From Bacteriovoracaceae bacterium (GTDB taxonomy: Bacteria > Bdellovibrionota > Bacteriovoracia > Bacteriovoracales > Bacteriovoracaceae), in assembly GCA_018649885.1 (NCBI GenBank), contig JABIHA010000038.1:1-41106 (forward strand): 41,106 bases of DNA, written 5' to 3'. Under the pieces are notes generated by a model, which was not told the origin of the DNA, searched no databases, and was given only the letters and a program-made list of their open reading frames with translations. Below are positions 37,879 through 41,106 of the stretch, piece after piece (the first letter of the stretch is position 1; each line of letters opens with the position of its first letter). The translations under genes were made by a program, and so were the position numbers.

Positions 37879-37922
37879 CTAGGTAAGTTCCGGCACCATT
37901 TCGTAAGTCTTACCTTCCCCCC

Positions 37923-37951
37923 TTGACGGTAAGTAAGTGTTCACTTACTAT
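37923..37951 (+). promoter_or_regulatory. Sigma70 promoter with overlapping TetR operator
   Basis: TTGACG-N17-TACTAT; perfect palindrome AGTAAGTG-tt-CACTTACT (37932-37949) spans the spacer and -10 box. Confidence 0.8.
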
Positions 37952-37980
37952 CCTCTAAACCCTATGCTGGGGGAGGTTGT

Positions 37981-38712
37981 ATGAGTGAGAAAAGACTAAC
38001 TAAATCTCAAAGAAAAGAAGAAATTTTAAAGGCCGCCATCCCACTTTTCGCCCAAAAAGGCCTGGGTGCCACAACCAAAGAGTTGGCCTGTAGGGCCTGC
38101 GTCTCAGAAGCATTACTGTACAAACACTTCCCCTCAAAGGCCGCCCTATTCGAGGAAATAAAAAGTAGCTGCTGCAAAAAGGCCAGGGAGAGCGGACATA
38201 TCATCACGGCACTTCCCTCTTCAAGTCAAGTTTTGATCATGGCAATCTACGGTCTTGTTCGCTTTGTTCTTTACGGCGCCACTGGAGATGAGACCCATAA
38301 CAATACCAAAAGAATTTTGGCCCACGGCCTCTTACAAGATAGGCAATTTATTAAAAATTTCTTCGAAACAAATTTTGAAGACTTTATGCCCAAACTTGAA
38401 GACTGCATGAAAGTGGCCATTGAAGCTGGCGAGATGATTGCCCCTTCAGAGAATTTAAAACTCTCCCTCTGGCTGTCACATCACCTTTGCTTTGGAGTTT
38501 CCATCATCATTTTAAACCAAAATGAAGACCTAGAAGTGATTGACTATGGAATAGATCCACAAGGGCTTCAAATTGAGATATCAAAATTTATCATGCGAGG
38601 CCTAGGCCTTAAACAAGAAATCATTGAACAATACTTTATGCCTGAAGAGTTTAACCTTATTTTAGAAAACCCTAGCACTCTTCTGGATTCGATTAAAATG
38701 GAGAATTCATGA
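37981..38712 (+). CDS. TetR/AcrR-family transcriptional regulator
   Basis: RKEEILKAAIPLFAQKG..ATTKELA..ACVSEALLYKHFPSK HTH. Confidence 0.93.
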   Translation: MSEKRLTKSQRKEEILKAAIPLFAQKGLGATTKELACRACVSEALLYKHFPSKAALFEEIKSSCCKKARESGHIITALPSSSQVLIMAIYGLVRFVLYGATGDETHNNTKRILAHGLLQDRQFIKNFFETNFEDFMPKLEDCMKVAIEAGEMIAPSENLKLSLWLSHHLCFGVSIIILNQNEDLEVIDYGIDPQGLQIEISKFIMRGLGLKQEIIEQYFMPEEFNLILENPSTLLDSIKMENS

Positions 38713-41066
38713 AATTAATTAACCGTGCAATCTTTAGCATGACTGGTCTAATTATGAATAGGCCAAAAACCCTACTAGTTATTGGTCTTTTAGGTCTACT
38801 AAGCTTTACCCTTGGCCTGACTAAATTAAAAACAAACTTTAGCTATAGAATATGGTTCAACACTGATTCACAGGCACTTGTGGATTATGATAAATTTGAA
38901 TCAGTATTTGGAAATGACGAAAACTCAGTCCTGGCCTTACACAACCCAAGTGGAGTTTTCAACAAGAAGACGGCGCAACTGATCCAAAATATCACCAATG
39001 ACTTTTGGAAAATCAAAGATGTCATAAGGGTCAACTCACTCAGTAATTTCAACTGGACCCACGGCGAGGATGACGATATTTTGGTGGACCCCTTTTTCCC
39101 GGAGTCCCATGAATTAGATGATCAGTTTCTATCGCAAAGAAAGAAAATTGCTCTATCGCATAAGTCCCTTAGGGGTTACTTCGTTTCAAAAGATGCAAAT
39201 ACCGCACTATTTTACGTCAAGCTCAGACCATTTTTCAAAAAATCACCTGACTATGACAGGCTAATGAAGGACTTAACCGCCGTAGTCAACAAATACAAAC
39301 CAGACCACCAGGAAATGCAGTTTTATTTAACTGGAAGCACCCCCATTAACGCCAGCTTCAAAGAAAGTACAAGAGAAGATATGAAAACTCTTATCCCCTT
39401 AGTGCTTCTAGTGGTCACAACTTTTCTGGCCTTTAGCCTTCGAAACCCACTTGCAGTAGTACTGTCTCTATTTACCATCGGGGTGGCCATCATCTACACC
39501 ATGGGCTCTGGCGGGTATTTAGGACTTGAAATTAATAATCTCTCGGCCACGGTGCCTCAGTTTATGATTGCTATTTCAATCGCTGTGGTGGTCCACCTAC
39601 TTGTCACCTACTACCTTTTTACAGCAAAGGGTTACTCAAAAGATGAGGCCATCAAAAAATCCTTACAAAAAAATATAAAACCGACTCTTCTCACAAGCTT
39701 ATCAACTGCTTTTGGGTTTTTTAGTTTTTCATCCGCTGGGATTCCGGCTATCTCTGAAATGGGCGTTCTAGCCGGAGTGGGAACACTTTTGACATGGATT
39801 GCCACCTACCTTGTAATGGCGCCTTTGATGGTTTTACTCCCCATTGGAAAATGGAAACCCACAAAAGTTAAAAAAGATGAGTCCAGTAGAAGTGAGAAAT
39901 TTGTTAATTTCATCGATCGTAACAAAAAGGGAATTATTGCCATAACCATATTAATGGCCATCTTGGATATCTCTTTGGCAGTAAAAGTTGCAGTGAATTC
40001 CGACCCACTAGAATATTTTGACAAAAAATTTCCAGTCTCTATTGCCAATGATTTTATGGAAGCTAATGTTGGTGGATCTATGAGTATTGAAACTGTGGTC
40101 GATTCAGGCTCTTCTGAGGGTATAAAAGACCCAGACTTTTTGGCAAAGGTTGAGAGTCTGCAACATTGGCTTGATCAAAACTCATTTGTCTCAAAAACTA
40201 TCTCCATTGTGGATATACTAAAAGACACCAACAAATCATTAAATGGCGGTGATCAAAATTTCTACCGATTGCCCACTGAGAGAAAACAAGTTGCCGAGCA
40301 ACTCTTTTTATATTCCATGGGTCTTCCCCAAGGAATGGATATTAGCAATCAAATGACCATTGGAAATGACAAAATGAGAGTCACGGCGATGGTGACCATC
40401 CACGACTCCATGAGAATTCTTAAATTTGCTGATGAGATTGAAAATAAGGCAACTGAGCTAGGACTTAGTGCCAAGGTCAATGGGAAGAACTATCTATGGC
40501 AAACCATTACAGGTCCCATTATAAAGTCCTTTGGTAAGTCTCTTACTTGGGCGATAGCTCTAATTAGTTTGCTCTTGATCTTTGGCCTGGGCTCGGTAAA
40601 ACTGGGGCTTCTAGCAATGATCCCCAATACACTCCCTATAATATTTGGAGGTGGGGCCTTATTTGTATTGGGTAAATATCTCGATATAGGTACTGTGATC
40701 GTAGCGGCCATTACCCTAGGAATAGCTGTTGACGACACCATTCACTTTCTCAATCACTTTAAAAATGCCTTAATTGAGGGGAAATCTCCAAAAGAAGCGA
40801 TCACCGAAATATTCTCCCAAACGGCCATGGCACTTATAGTGACAACGTTAGTGCTAGTGGCATCTTTTGGAACTTTCTATTTTGGCACCTTTGTTCCCAA
40901 TCAAAACTTCGGAATTATGGTGGCGATTATTTTAACTTTTGCTCTGATTTGTGATTTAATTTTCCTGCCAGCTCTACTTCTTTGTTTAAAAAGAGAATTT
41001 TTCATTGAAAAAGAAATCTATCAGGTTTCATGCCCGACTGAGAAGATTAAAAATGCGTACACTTAG
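38709..41066 (+). CDS. MMPL/RND-family transporter (paralogue of 26576-28897)
   Basis: Same 2x(1+5 TM) topology; RIWF, FGNDE, GLPQGMD, GIAVDDTIHF; ATGA overlap with tetR. Confidence 0.92.
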   Translation: MKLINRAIFSMTGLIMNRPKTLLVIGLLGLLSFTLGLTKLKTNFSYRIWFNTDSQALVDYDKFESVFGNDENSVLALHNPSGVFNKKTAQLIQNITNDFWKIKDVIRVNSLSNFNWTHGEDDDILVDPFFPESHELDDQFLSQRKKIALSHKSLRGYFVSKDANTALFYVKLRPFFKKSPDYDRLMKDLTAVVNKYKPDHQEMQFYLTGSTPINASFKESTREDMKTLIPLVLLVVTTFLAFSLRNPLAVVLSLFTIGVAIIYTMGSGGYLGLEINNLSATVPQFMIAISIAVVVHLLVTYYLFTAKGYSKDEAIKKSLQKNIKPTLLTSLSTAFGFFSFSSAGIPAISEMGVLAGVGTLLTWIATYLVMAPLMVLLPIGKWKPTKVKKDESSRSEKFVNFIDRNKKGIIAITILMAILDISLAVKVAVNSDPLEYFDKKFPVSIANDFMEANVGGSMSIETVVDSGSSEGIKDPDFLAKVESLQHWLDQNSFVSKTISIVDILKDTNKSLNGGDQNFYRLPTERKQVAEQLFLYSMGLPQGMDISNQMTIGNDKMRVTAMVTIHDSMRILKFADEIENKATELGLSAKVNGKNYLWQTITGPIIKSFGKSLTWAIALISLLLIFGLGSVKLGLLAMIPNTLPIIFGGGALFVLGKYLDIGTVIVAAITLGIAVDDTIHFLNHFKNALIEGKSPKEAITEIFSQTAMALIVTTLVLVASFGTFYFGTFVPNQNFGIMVAIILTFALICDLIFLPALLLCLKREFFIEKEIYQVSCPTEKIKNAYT

Positions 41067-41106
41067 TTGTAAAATTTCCCATCAAATCTAAAATAGAAAT
41101 GAATGT

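Noticed and set aside
342..40741. Numerous 60-106 aa antisense or alternate-frame ORFs inside long genes
   Set aside because: They overlap well-supported genes, lack RBSs and motifs, and are typical shadow ORFs
1..41106. CRISPR array, tRNA/rRNA, IS or prophage
   Set aside because: No regularly spaced repeats, cloverleaf or rRNA-like segments, or transposase, integrase or phage genes were recognised

Overview
AT-rich bacterial chromosomal window. Gene content and style (many signal-peptide hypotheticals, beta-barrels, paired MMPL transporters, long PurC) suggest Bdellovibrionota/Bacteriovoracia-like predators; this is inference, not a database result. The left half holds a fused membrane/spermidine-synthase-like gene, two envelope genes, a GT4 glycosyltransferase and a tightly coupled de novo purine operon (purF-purE-purC-purD-purN-purL-purQ-purH-purM-maf). 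No purK or purB is present, and PurE appears internally duplicated. The right half is accessory and envelope-rich: an NTT/TLC-like nucleotide transporter, cytidine deaminase, DUF2797, two MMPL/RND paralogues (one with TetR and a clear operator), a pentapeptide-repeat protein, outer-membrane barrels and a subtilisin with a consensus sigma54 promoter. The most striking feature is 35337-37535, a ClpA/B-family double-AAA+ protein with an apparent Sec signal peptide, a degenerate first ATPase domain, a CUB-like domain inserted where the Clp middle domain sits, and an intact second ATPase domain lacking the GYVG pore loop. It lies directly downstream of the secreted subtilisin. No rRNA, tRNA, CRISPR array or mobile element was recognised.
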